A stretch of DNA of 64,000 nucleotides from Tubulanus polymorphus (Eukaryota > Animalia > Nemertea), in the NCBI RefSeq assembly GCF_964204645.1, contig NC_134031.1, forward strand, positions 9,796,001 to 9,860,000, given 5' to 3'. Numbering within the stretch: position 1 is the stretch's first letter; every line of letters starts with the position of its first letter. Shown here piece by piece: positions 38,452 through 49,834 of the stretch. The translations under genes were made by a program, and so were the position numbers. Below the pieces are notes generated by a model. It saw only the letters and a program-made list of their open reading frames with translations. It was not told where the DNA came from and did not search any database.

Positions 38452-39106
38452 ATGAGTTTTAATAAAAATTTTGTTATAAAAATGAAGAAAGAAGAGAAAC
38501 CCAACTTCAAAATCGAAATAAAAGAAACCAATAAATCATTTTCACAGTTAAACATTAGAAATTATATTTCAGCAACAAATTTAGTGTCCGCCAGACATTA
38601 TAAAATCGATAACATTACTATGATTAATCAAATATCATCAAATGAAATATATTTAATTACTGAACTAATTGATACTTTTGATAATGGAATAAAAAATCCT
38701 AAAATATTCAATACAGTTTTTAAATACAAATTTTAAAGGAACTTTAGATGAAAACATAATAAATATTCTTAAAACTCATTTCAATGATAGAAAAAGTGAT
38801 GCAATACTTTCTAAAGATTACAATGATTTGATTAACTTAAGAATTGAAAAAAGACAATTATATTATTTCAATTTTGATAATAAACAAATTTTCTATAATG
38901 AAAATTCATCAAATATTGGTATTCAATGTGAATTAGATAATGAAAAATCATTTAAAGATATTGCAGTTCAATGTAATTTAGATGATGAATTTAGAAAATT
39001 CAATCCTATTGAAAAAGTGTATTGTTATTGCGGTGGTAAATATTTAAGATCACATAAATCAAAGCATTATGAAATAATTAAACATAAAAACTGGCGTAAA
39101 GAGTAA
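38452..39106 (+). pseudogene. Polinton left-end gene (MSFNKNF type), frameshifted
   Basis: ORFs 38452-38736 and 38828-39106 together match 4788-5437. Confidence 0.8.
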
Positions 39107-39177
39107 CAATTCTACATTAAAAATAAATTAAGTAATCAAATAATTATTGAATTGAGTTAAATGATTTAAATATCTAA

Positions 39178-39686
39178 TAGACTGTTAAAATGATAAATTG
39201 TTTGACAGTTGAAATGATAAATTGTTTGGCAGTTGAAATGATAAATTGTTTGACAGTTGAAATGATAAATTGTTTGACAGTTGAAATGATAAATTGTTTG
39301 ACAGTTGAAATGATAAATTGTTTGTCAATTGAAATGATAAATTGTTTGGCAGTTGAAATGATAAATTGTTTGACAGTTGAAATGATAAATTGTTTGTCAG
39401 TTGAAATGATAAATTGTTTGGCAGTTGAAATGATAAATTGTTTGGCAGTTGAAATGATAAATTGTTTGACAGTTGAAATGATAAATTGTTTGATAGTTGA
39501 AATGATAAATTGTTTGACAGTTGAAATGATAAATTGTTTGACAGTTGAAATGATAAATTGTTTGACAGTTGAAATAATAAATTGTTTGACAGTTGAAATG
39601 ATAAATTGTTTGACAGTTGAAATGTTAAATTGTTTGACTGTTAAAATGTTTATCATTTCAACTGTCAAACATTTTATCATTTCAAT
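39178..39686. repeat. 24-bp tandem array (TTGACAGTTGAAATGATAAATTGT, about 19 units) ending in an inverted 1.5 units
   Basis: Directly visible; orientation flips at ~39648. Confidence 0.95.
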
Positions 39687-40370
39687 GCATTGATAGAATT
39701 TACGCGGAGAGAAAGTCTGTTATATTTCTATCAGAATTCAACATTCCGTTTAGAAGCTGTTAGTTGTCGAATCCGAGAGAAGATGAATTTTATGTGATGA
39801 AAATAAGTGGAAAATATGTAAATAATAATAATAACAATCAACAGAATTACAAGAGCGTTTTCGACGAAAGTCAGAAAACCCTAATAATAATCACGCGAAT
39901 TTCAATAGGGTTTACTGTGAAGAAACTGAAAACCCTATTAATATAAACGTATCGAGTTATATTAAATTACCATTTAAAACTAATGCTGTTATGAATGAAG
40001 ATAATAAATGTTTCTATGGTCAATTATTGGTTGTCTACATCCAACAGAAGATATTACACATAGTTTTAGAGTACCAAATTATAAACCATTTGAAAATAAT
40101 TATAAGATAGATAATTGTCCTGTTAAAATTAAACTAATACCAAAAATAGAAAGATATAATAATATAAAAATGAGTGTATTTGATTTGATTAAATTACCAA
40201 AAACAAATGGTGATAATATAAAACATTTTACATTAGAACCTTTATATCTATCAAAAGATTATGATTCAAATGATGTTATAGATATATTATATTATGAGAA
40301 TCATTATATGTGGATGAAACAAATTGATTTGTTTTTTAAATCAGATTCTGCTTTTAATAATATAATATAT

Positions 40371-41445
40371 TGTTCCGCGGTCCCTTTCTCTATTGTCTTT
40401 TTCCTCTATTACAAACTCCGGTCCCTGGCGAGAAAGTCGACCACGAACACAGAAACCCGAAAACCAAGGAATAAAAGGAACTCCGGATTTAAATATGATA
40501 ATACTCAACTTTTATTCTAACAATTTAAATTGAACTTAAGTCTCAACAATTTATAAAATTTCCAACCTTTTAATTTAGAATTTTGTTACAAATCCCGCAC
40601 ACAAGAAGATGCAATTCAACCGGATAGCCGAAAGTTATCTGTTCAATAGTCTTCTAATGCTTCCCCTGAAAATGCTTTCTAAAAGAGTCCGCTCTCTCTC
40701 GAGGTGCGGCCCTTTTATACGGCTGCGTCCACACCCAAGAAAAATCCAGAACCCTGCTTGCGGCCAGCCGTAAAAGGGAACGAGCAACCAACGCAGCACC
40801 ACGACGCAGAGCTGGGGTCCTGATTCCTAGACTTTTCATTCGCTGCTACCTTTAACCCGACCCTCGACGTCATGATACTTGCCGGTCTGCTCTCCTTCTC
40901 AACCGCACCGAAGAGATTACATACTATTTTTCCAACCCTCGAACTCATCTATTTTAACTTATCCAATGAACACAATTCCCACAATGAACGATATTTAATT
41001 TTGTCTAAATAGTAATATACAATGTAAGCCGAAATATCATCTTTCTTATTTATATTCTTTATCATTATTAGTACATTCAAATTTAAACACACAAACTCTA
41101 ATCAATTAAAATAATAAAACTCTTTAATATTACTTTTTAATATTACTCTTTAATATTACTTATTTTTCGATTTATCAGACTAAGGGTCAGCGAGTGTTTC
41201 ATAAGTTTATTTCATAATTGCTCATTTCCACGAATTCTTCTCATGACTACAGCGCCGTGATTACCTTCAAATGATTTAGAATGCTCGTCTGATACAAGTA
41301 TAAATGTTTCAGACAAACAACCATTAAGGCGGATAATGTATTATCGTACATAACGAACAATGCGTGTGTTCTCCCAGGACATGCCAAGAAACCTACATAT
41401 ATAAATCGTTTGATCTTTTTGAAAGTACAATTCAGCTGCGGATCA
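40371..41445 (-). mobile_element. Solo LTR (Gypsy-like), 1075 bp
   Basis: TGTTCCGCGG...CTGCGGATCA termini; 4-bp TSD ATAT (40367-40370, 41446-41449); splits pPolB codons NIIY|LCRKC; TATAAAAGG and AATAAA on the - strand. Confidence 0.85.
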
Positions 41446-43310
41446 ATATCTATGTAGAAAATGTTTACACACATTTAGAACTGAAATTGCATTATTAAAT
41501 CATAAACAATTATGTGATTATCATGATTAAATGTCAAATCTTAACTCGGAACTGTGGAACTGGGTCTACGGGCACGACAGTGAGACTGGGCGCCTCAGAC
41601 AGTGGTAGGCCAAGAACAAATACATCATATCGATTTATTTATAGTACAAGAATATCGACTGACCAATGTGTATCAGTTTCAAGGACTTCTTCATAATAAT
41701 TTGACCGATAATGACTCAAATGAAAATCAATGATGAAATTTATTTCTTTCAAAAAAACTTATTTCACTGTATGAAAACGTGCGTATTCATAACGCGCGCG
41801 GCAATATGAGCCTATGCTGTCATTGTAGTGTGTGCAGAGTTCTGCCAGCACGTGCTTGCCTCGCGTAGTACGCCTGACGCCGACTGTTGCTACGCAATAC
41901 GTCTGCAGTAAACGAATAAACGCACGCCACACTGCCATGCAACTCAGCGATAATATCGGTCTAACTGTAAAAATTAAAGGCTTTCAAGGACATTGTCTGC
42001 CAACCTTTCGAATTTAAAGACTCCCACTGACGTTCCCAGCACAAAACAAGGAATTCTTTAAGACCCCGTTCACACCAAGTGATTTAGTCATCCACATATC
42101 GATTCACGTTGTAAAATAAGTTTATCCGAACGAATTATTGATGAAATATAATTCAAAATCTTTTTAGTATTATTTTGATCAACTTCTAACACCATTCAAC
42201 CCAATAAAAAGAGAAATAATCGTGAATACAAAATTTCCGGATCTATTTTTGCAGCGGAATTAACCCCATTTATCGGATCTTTCGTTAATTCAATGACAAT
42301 TCACGATGCCGACACGCTCGTAATAGCTTTCTCTAACGTATTACAACCATATTTTGGAGAAAGTATATAGAAATACTATATTTTGATACCGGTTCGTACA
42401 TATTAAAGATAAAAACTGATAATCTAACAAATGATTTAGAAACATAAAAACATCATTTTGATTTCAGCAATTATCCAAAAGATCATGAATTTTTAGTAAT
42501 GGAAATAAACAGGTGCCAGGTAAATCTAAAGATGCAATTAGGCCTAGATAGAAATTAGATCGAAAATGTATACTTATAAAACTTAAACTCATGAATAAAA
42601 GAAATTGAAATGAATAACAAAGCATGTTATTGAAAAAAATGTTCGTTTTACAGATTACATCAATTGCATATTTAATGAAGAAACTAGCAAACATAAGATG
42701 ACATGCTTATGATCGGAGGACCATGAAATTTTTATTGAATAGAAAAAATAAGTTTAAATCCTTTCGATGGTAAGAGATATATTCTAGACGACGGCATTCA
42801 CACAATCGCCTATGGTTGTGATTTAGATGAATTCCTGAAGTTCAAAAGGGATGAAGATAAAGAAAATGAGATTATGAACAGGATTATAACATGTTTATCA
42901 ATTTGAACAGTAACGCCCGATTATATCTACGTGAAAATGCCTGAACATATACAACAACACTATATATAAAATTGAAAAACCATCCAACACACACTTGTGC
43001 GCATTGAGTTGTATAGAATTAATTAATTTGATAAATGATTGAACCATATGTTGCCATACAGCGTAGGACACAACATATATCTCTCTCGCAATATAATTCG
43101 GAGTTTTAGTTTACGGTCGACAATTTACAGGCCAATTTTTATAGTTAATTTTTGTATCAAATATCTACCAACATTATCTACAACATGATTATTATCATGG
43201 CCATATACTTCGATATCAGCTGATAAATTAATACATTAGGAACATGAAAGTTTTATTTGGATTAATATTTGAAGGGTTATGAGTAATTATATGATGATTA
43301 CGTTCTGCTT

Positions 43311-43990
43311 TTATTGCGCTAGACATTCTAGAATTTTTAGAAGGATATATATAACTTCAACCCCCATATTTAGAAAATAACACTTATCTATTTTTAACAT
43401 ATTTACTAATCCAAAAATAATAGCACTAACAACTGTAATTAAAAATAGAATTATATGTTCGGCAACAAAACTAATATTATTACCAGCAGATTTCAATAGA
43501 AAACTAAAAATTGATGCTATAACCCCAGTTAAAGCTGCAGCAGATTTATTAGATAATTCCGATAAATATTTTGCTACTTTTTCTATACCATCTTTAATTT
43601 CATCTTGTATAGGATTATTATCATTTGGTGGTTTATCCGGTGGTTTGGGGTTGGGTGTAGATTTAAATGAATTTGATATAGTTAAACCAATTGTTGTAAA
43701 AATCATTGTATTGTCATTAGAATTTAAAGAATTGCTATACCTTCTAATTTCAATAATAATTTTATTCTATCTTTTAATGATATTTCAGAATGTGGTTTTA
43801 TTATTAAATCTTTAAAGATAACTTTTAATCTATCAATAAAATAATCATATGATTTTGATAATAATTTGTTTTCATCTTTCAGTAATTCTATATTATATTT
43901 CAAATTATCAATTTCTTTTTCTAAACTTTCATTTTTTCAATTCTTCTTCTGCAATTACTTTATTATCTCTATCTAATTTTAATTGTTCTA
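43311..43990 (-). pseudogene. Degenerate copy of the coiled-coil/hydrophobic-helix gene
   Basis: ORF 43311-43706 aligns with the C-terminus of 24126-24698. Confidence 0.8.
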
Positions 43991-44305
43991 AAATTACATT
44001 AACTAATTTTAAATCAACACAATTCTTAAATTATCTATCTAGTTGTACTAGTAAATTATGAGATTCATAATTTGTAAGTTTTCTAGAATCAACAAATATT
44101 CAGGACCCGGTTCCACAGTTCTTGATTAAATCTAACTCAGTGTTAGTTTTTAACTCAGGGTCAGTAACTAACTCTGAGTTAGCTGACTCTGGGTTAGTTT
44201 TGCGTTCCACAGTTCTCATTTAACTCAGAGTTTACTGACTCAGAGTCAAAGTTATATCTCCATAGTAACCATCTTAACTCAGAGTTTGAATTGGTAATTC
44301 TCAAA

Positions 44306-44761
44306 ATGGCAACGTGCAGCAACGAAAAAGCAACGAAAAGCAGCTTAAAAATAGAAGTCCTAACTTTACTAAAGACGAGATGGCCGTTCTCACTGACGTT
44401 GTCATGAAAAATGGTGATGTGTTATTTTCAAAGTTGAATAACGATGTCACAAACAAGCTGAAAGCGAAGAAATGGGGAGAGGTGGCTAGTGCAGTAAACA
44501 GCCTAGGACACTGTGTGAGAAAACCAGACGAACTTAAATTTAAATGGAAGAACATGAGCGCTAAAGCAAAGTGTATGAATTCGGAAAGAAGGAAATTAGC
44601 ACACAAAACTGGAGGGGGCGACCGCCGGAAAATTTGATAAAGAACGTCGACGAGACTATGAAGAAAATTATAAGCGCAAACGAGAACAGAGAAGCTTGGG
44701 TCCGAATAGATGCAACACTTGACTTAGATCCTCCCATTATCATGTCACTAAGTCCAGAAGG
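44306..44761 (+). pseudogene. Harbinger Myb/SANT-like DNA-binding protein, exon 1
   Basis: RSPNFTKDEMAVL...KKWGEVASAVNS...KFKWKNM...KTGGG; small frameshifts; GT donor at ~44761; probable later exons at 61051-61228 and 61334-61490. Confidence 0.85.
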
Positions 44762-46095
44762 TAATATATATCTTTATTCACTGACAGGGTCAATCAATTT
44801 TGTTTTTAACTTGCTTTCACCCAACAGCATGTCGTCAGGCAAAAACCGTAATGTTTCCAATGTCTCCGTTTTTAACGCATGCGCATTAGGCTTAGTAAGT
44901 GTTGCAAAAGTCCAAGTCGAGAAATCAGTACAGTGCGCAGGCGTCATAACAGTGTTTACATGTTTCAAAACTGGGTCATGTCAGTACGGTATTCGCTTGA
45001 AATGAACCAGCGTGAACTTTAGCAGCGGGATCGTGATGTCTAAATAATCTCGTATCATATGCTTGCGTATTATATGTTAATACAATTAAATGATTTGTCC
45101 AAATAAATAAACAGTGACATTGGGATCACCATAGAAAGTGCACTAAAGTTCATAATGGTAAGCATTTCGAGATCAGCATTTTCGGGATTCGAACACTCGT
45201 GTTTCTCCGAGGGAATGCTTAGCCACGTTGTCAGGAGGGGCGGTGGCAAGGAGTAACTGACAACTGATAAGTAACACGTGACTCCGCGTGATCTCACAAA
45301 ACATTTTATTCTCTACTAAAATAAAACTCATTTATGATATCCCCGCTCCGTGAGAAATGGAAAACGACGAGCTTTGTTTGAAGCAAAATAAACAAGACAT
45401 GTAGTTGATTGATAAAGGTCATTTATTAGTATAAATGACTGGTGAAACTAAGTTTATTACAAAATTGTTGCAAATTGAAACATACATGTATATATTTTGC
45501 GAAAAGTATGGCCAAAAAATCGCCACAAGATGTTTGAAACAAACATCCAGGCCAAACCCGGGTCGTTTCCATATCTCAAGAGAGGGGTGAGTCTGTAACA
45601 TAGACATACGAGGCAGACAACATCTGGCCCTCTTACGAATGATACGTGTGTAATTGAGTTTTAGTATTGGATGGTGAAGCAGACAACATCTGGCCTTCAA
45701 CCAAACATTATGATCAAGCAAATATTATGAACCGTATTTGAGTAAGACGTTATGATACGATTTTGAATAACCCGTGGAGGCAGGGAAATATTCTGGCTCT
45801 CCAAAAAACGTATGAATTCAAATTGAAACTAATATCATTCGTTAAAATTAAAAGCACAAGATTGTCAAATATAAGATATAAACTAACACATACTAGGGTT
45901 ATGTACATATAAGTGTACATACGTAGTTAAGTACATACGTGCACAGGGGGGCAGACTAACATCTGGGCCTCCTCAAAGCTATCAAATTACTTTGGAAAAT
46001 CATTATTTAATACAAAACAAGGTAACGACGTGAGGCAGACAAAATCTGGCCCTCAAAATGAAAGTTTTAGCATTTACAATTGCGTCAATGCGTCA

Positions 46096-46822
46096 TTAGT
46101 GTTGTCCCGTCCCGGTCGGACTGATTCTAATGTATCGTTTGAAAGCGTCTGACTTCCATCGTCCTAACTCTCGAATGACTGGCTCGGGGACCCCGTTTGT
46201 TGCGGCATTGGTTGCGGCGCCAATCCGAAAGCTATGCGATGTATAGCTGGCCTCTGGCAGGCCGAGAAATGATATCAACTTCTTTAGCGATTTTGCAAAA
46301 AAAACATACGATACAGCTGCACCATCTCGAAATTGAAAAAAATGGACCGGACGTATGCTTGCTCACATGGAGGTAATGAGATATAATTGTGACCGGACAA
46401 ACAGATGGGTTTGAATGCTTTGGCAACAGCGATGGTTTTGGTATCAAATCACTATGCTTGTAGTCCGTGATGCAGACGCGTAAGATCGGCGTTGAATTAG
46501 GACCATGGAACAAGGTGACCTGATGTTTTTGTATTACCTTAGTCGCATGGCCACTAGACTTAACCGATATCTCGTCGACCCGCAAAAATGCATGAAAACA
46601 CAAGACGAACATAGACTTGAGCAAGATACCGTCGAAGCCCTCGCCCATTACGACGGGAAAGAAGGGCTCCTGGCGGCCGACGTTGACCAAAAATTTCTGA
46701 AAATGTTCAACCGCGCGACGATATGCAGCCCTGGTGGAAGGAGCGACGGACCTGGTGAAAAGAAATTGTACTATATTCTGTAGCTGGCCGGTGGTATAGG
46801 AGTTGGCAGTCTGTTCAGCCAC
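46096..46822 (-). pseudogene. Tyrosine recombinase, frameshifted, with a probable internal deletion
   Basis: FHAFLRVDEI, HSFRIGAAT, LGRWKSDAFKRYIR (R...HxxR...W...Y). Confidence 0.9.
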
Positions 46823-48492
46823 GGTGCATACTGCCTGGCCTCCCGAAAACAGAAACGGGACAACTTGTCACTGATCACATTAGTGTACCCTGCAATATGC
46901 TCGCTCCGAATAAATACATTATATTTCATTGCTGCCAGCACCAAACGTCTGACCAGACGCATAATGACCTTATCGGTAGAGGTCATTTTGTTAATGATAT
47001 GTGCGACAGCTGCGTTGTCGGTCATAAAAAGTATTTTATGGTTTCTAAGGTTTACCGCCCCATATTTCTAACGCTAATACTATGGGAAAGAACTCTTTTA
47101 TCGTGATGTGGTGGTCAAGCATATCATGTTGCCTGCCACCCGAGAACCAACGAGAACCGAAAACAGCTGCAAAACCTTTCGATCCCGCAGCATCACTATA
47201 CAAACGAATAGCGTCAGACGGTGTCCATGATGAATATAAGAAACATGATTTACCATTAAAATGGTTTACGAAAAACGACCACGCGGTTTAATCAGATCTC
47301 GCTTCGTTATTTAGCCTAATTCTGTGATGTGGCCGGGATATTCCACAAGTCAGATCGCAGAGGCGCCGTAAAAACGCCCTACCGGGTATGATTACGCTGC
47401 ACGCGAAGTTGAGCAGGCCTAGCAGTGACTGTAGTTCCTTGAGCGTCACCGACTTTTTGCACTTAATGTCCAACAATTGAGCACGAATTTTTTCCACTTT
47501 ATCTAATGGCAGACGCGCTTCCATAGCGTCTGAATCTATTTCAATACCATATATTATTAAACATGTACAGGGATGTACAGTCTTATCGTGTTTTACGGGA
47601 ATCCCGGTTTCTGTACAAATTTCGAAAAATGAGTGCAAAGCTAAGTTACACTGATTAGAAATGGGCCTCCCGATAAAGAAAAAGTCATCTAATAGGTGGG
47701 ACATATGCTGAACGTCTTTTTTATTCAATAGAATCCATTGTATTGCTGAACTGAATACTTCAAATAATTGACAGGATGATGCGCAACCCATCGGCAGGCA
47801 ACGGTCATAGTAATACATATTGTTATAAGTAAACATCAACAAATGATGATCGTCTGGATGGACGGGTATTAAACGAAAGGCGTCTTGAATATCTGCTTTG
47901 GCCATAAGGCACCCGCGCCCATATAATTGGACTAGTGAAATAACGGATTCGATGTTGTCATATGACACTTTTTTATGATCGTCCTCTATAGAGTCGTTTA
48001 CTGAGGACCCCTCTGGAAAGGACAGATCGTGAATGAGTCTAAATTTTCCAGATTCTTTTTTGCTATTATACCCATTGGGCTACATACATAATTTTTATGA
48101 ACAGGTGTGGTGAAAGGACCGGCAATACGGCCTAGGTCAAATTCATGCAGAATTTTTTCCTTTGCTATGGAAGGACAATCTAAAAAACTTTTGTGATTCT
48201 TTGGGATGTCCAAGGTATATGGTCTTTGAGTCGCCGATCCTAAACGAAACCCGTTAGTAAAACCATCTACCAGAAACCGTTGTTTGAAACCAATTAGCAA
48301 ATTATCTAAGTTGTGTGGTTTTATTGGTGTCGGAATAATTTTGGGCAGTGCATGAGTCGGCTGCATGTTTTTCACCGCAATGGGGGCATTCATGCTTTCT
48401 TCTACAGAGCTTATACTGGCAGGTTCCAGTCTGGCAGAACTTCCAGCAGAAACCGACCGGAAAACGCTTTGTCTGTCGGTGGGGCTTCGCAA
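46771..48492 (-). pseudogene. DIRS/Ngaro reverse transcriptase-RNase H
   Basis: GRIAGPF, KADIQDAFRLIP, CLPMGCASS, HLLDDFFF, TDAAGSKGF, TDNAAV; frameshift and stop. Confidence 0.92.
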
Positions 48493-49279
48493 GAAAGGGC
48501 TTCTTTTGATCTATCGATCTTAAAGTACTACACCGTAGCCAGAGTTCATCGTGAACTTTTGACCACACCAGAGATGGAGAAACCGCTCTGAATCGGCGGA
48601 ATTGCTCATCGTAGCTCTTTGCGGCGGGAAAACCAAAATCATTGGCAAATTGACGGATAGTGCTAGCATATTTCAACAGCTGACGGAAAACCTGAACATC
48701 GGAATGTCTATGCACGTAGACAGACATAAAGATATCGAATGTTTTGTTCCATTCGTAAATGGATGACAACTGATTGAGTCTAGGTTTACACAATGTTAAA
48801 TCTCCTTTCTCAGAAAGGGTAGCACGAAGTGTGTCAACTTCGGCAGATTTAGTACCGATCAAAAGAGCCGACAAATCAATATATCTATCTGCCCAAATAT
48901 CGGACTTTATTTTTTCCGACACTGCTAAGTCCAAAGGAAGCGAGGAAGTAAGTAACCCGCTGATAAGTTGCTCACCAGGAATGGGAGGATTCTCCGCAGG
49001 TGTCGAAAAGAAGTTCCGTGTGACGTCACCAGGATTGGAAGAATTCACTACAGGTGTCGGGAAGCAGTTCTGTGTGGCGTCGCGTGTTGGTAGCAGATGA
49101 CTATCGATGAGTCTTTGAATGACGATATCCGCGACGGCATTCGCATCAGGTTGTTGGTTGGTTGTTTGGTTGTTGGTTGTTGGTTTGGTTAGTTGGTTGG
49201 TCCCTGGCGTTGACGGGGGTGGCAACCGCTTCAGTAAGCGCAGACGAACGAGGGCGTTTTTGTCTACTGGTGACTGCAC
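48302..49279 (-). CDS. Gag-like ORF1 with C-terminal Cys/His zinc knuckles
   Basis: IWADRYIDLSALL, YDEQFR, CWKF...C...C...HECPHCGEKH; overlaps the RT frame. Confidence 0.85.
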   Translation of the reverse strand: MQSPVDKNALVRLRLLKRLPPPSTPGTNQLTKPTTNNQTTNQQPDANAVADIVIQRLIDSHLLPTRDATQNCFPTPVVNSSNPGDVTRNFFSTPAENPPIPGEQLISGLLTSSLPLDLAVSEKIKSDIWADRYIDLSALLIGTKSAEVDTLRATLSEKGDLTLCKPRLNQLSSIYEWNKTFDIFMSVYVHRHSDVQVFRQLLKYASTIRQFANDFGFPAAKSYDEQFRRFRAVSPSLVWSKVHDELWLRCSTLRSIDQKKPFLAKPHRQTKRFPVGFCWKFCQTGTCQYKLCRRKHECPHCGEKHAADSCTAQNYSDTNKTTQLR

Positions 49280-49834
49280 GCTTAGCTCTCGTGGCTCTCG
49301 GCATCTAAAAATTTAGCAAATAGAAAAAAAAACCAGCAGAAAATTGAACAGTATCTTGGCCGGATGCGTATATCATGGAAATAGTATGAAAAACAACCGC
49401 AAGATTCCGATGAATTATTAAACAAAGGGTTTTTTGCAACATAACGTCCTTTGAGAGAAAAACACGTTACAAAGATGGAATATATATATTTATTTAAAGT
49501 ATGTATCTATAGAATACATGCCACCCCCGAAAAGAATAGGGGTAGGTTGCGGCGAGGGCCAAAAAGCACATGTAAAGATAAATTACATGCCACCTCCGGT
49601 ACGTTGAGGTAAAAACCCCAAAACACATGTATAGGTAAATTACATGCCACCTCCTGAAAACAGGGGGTACGTTGAGGTAAAAACCCCAAAACACATGTAT
49701 AGGTAAAGTACATGCTACCCCCTGAGAACAGGGAGTACGTTGAAGTAAAAACTCCAAAACACATGTATAGGTAAAGTACATGCCACCCCCTGAGAACAGG
49801 GAGTACGTTGTAGTAAAAACTCCAAAACACATGT

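Larger units (their letters stand above)
38048..44101. mobile_element. Polinton fragment D: rearranged, deleted composite interrupted by other insertions
   Basis: Terminus AGTAATAGG at 38048; left-end gene; 24-bp array; + strand pPolB scraps (39950-40370, 41446-41530, 42335-42900); - strand MCP, membrane-protein and penton scraps (43135-44101). Confidence 0.8.

Noticed and set aside
39174-39693. Repetitive ORFs on both strands (MINCLTVE / ISTVKQFI)
   Set aside because: A by-product of a stop-free 24-bp unit; there are no spacers, so it is not CRISPR.
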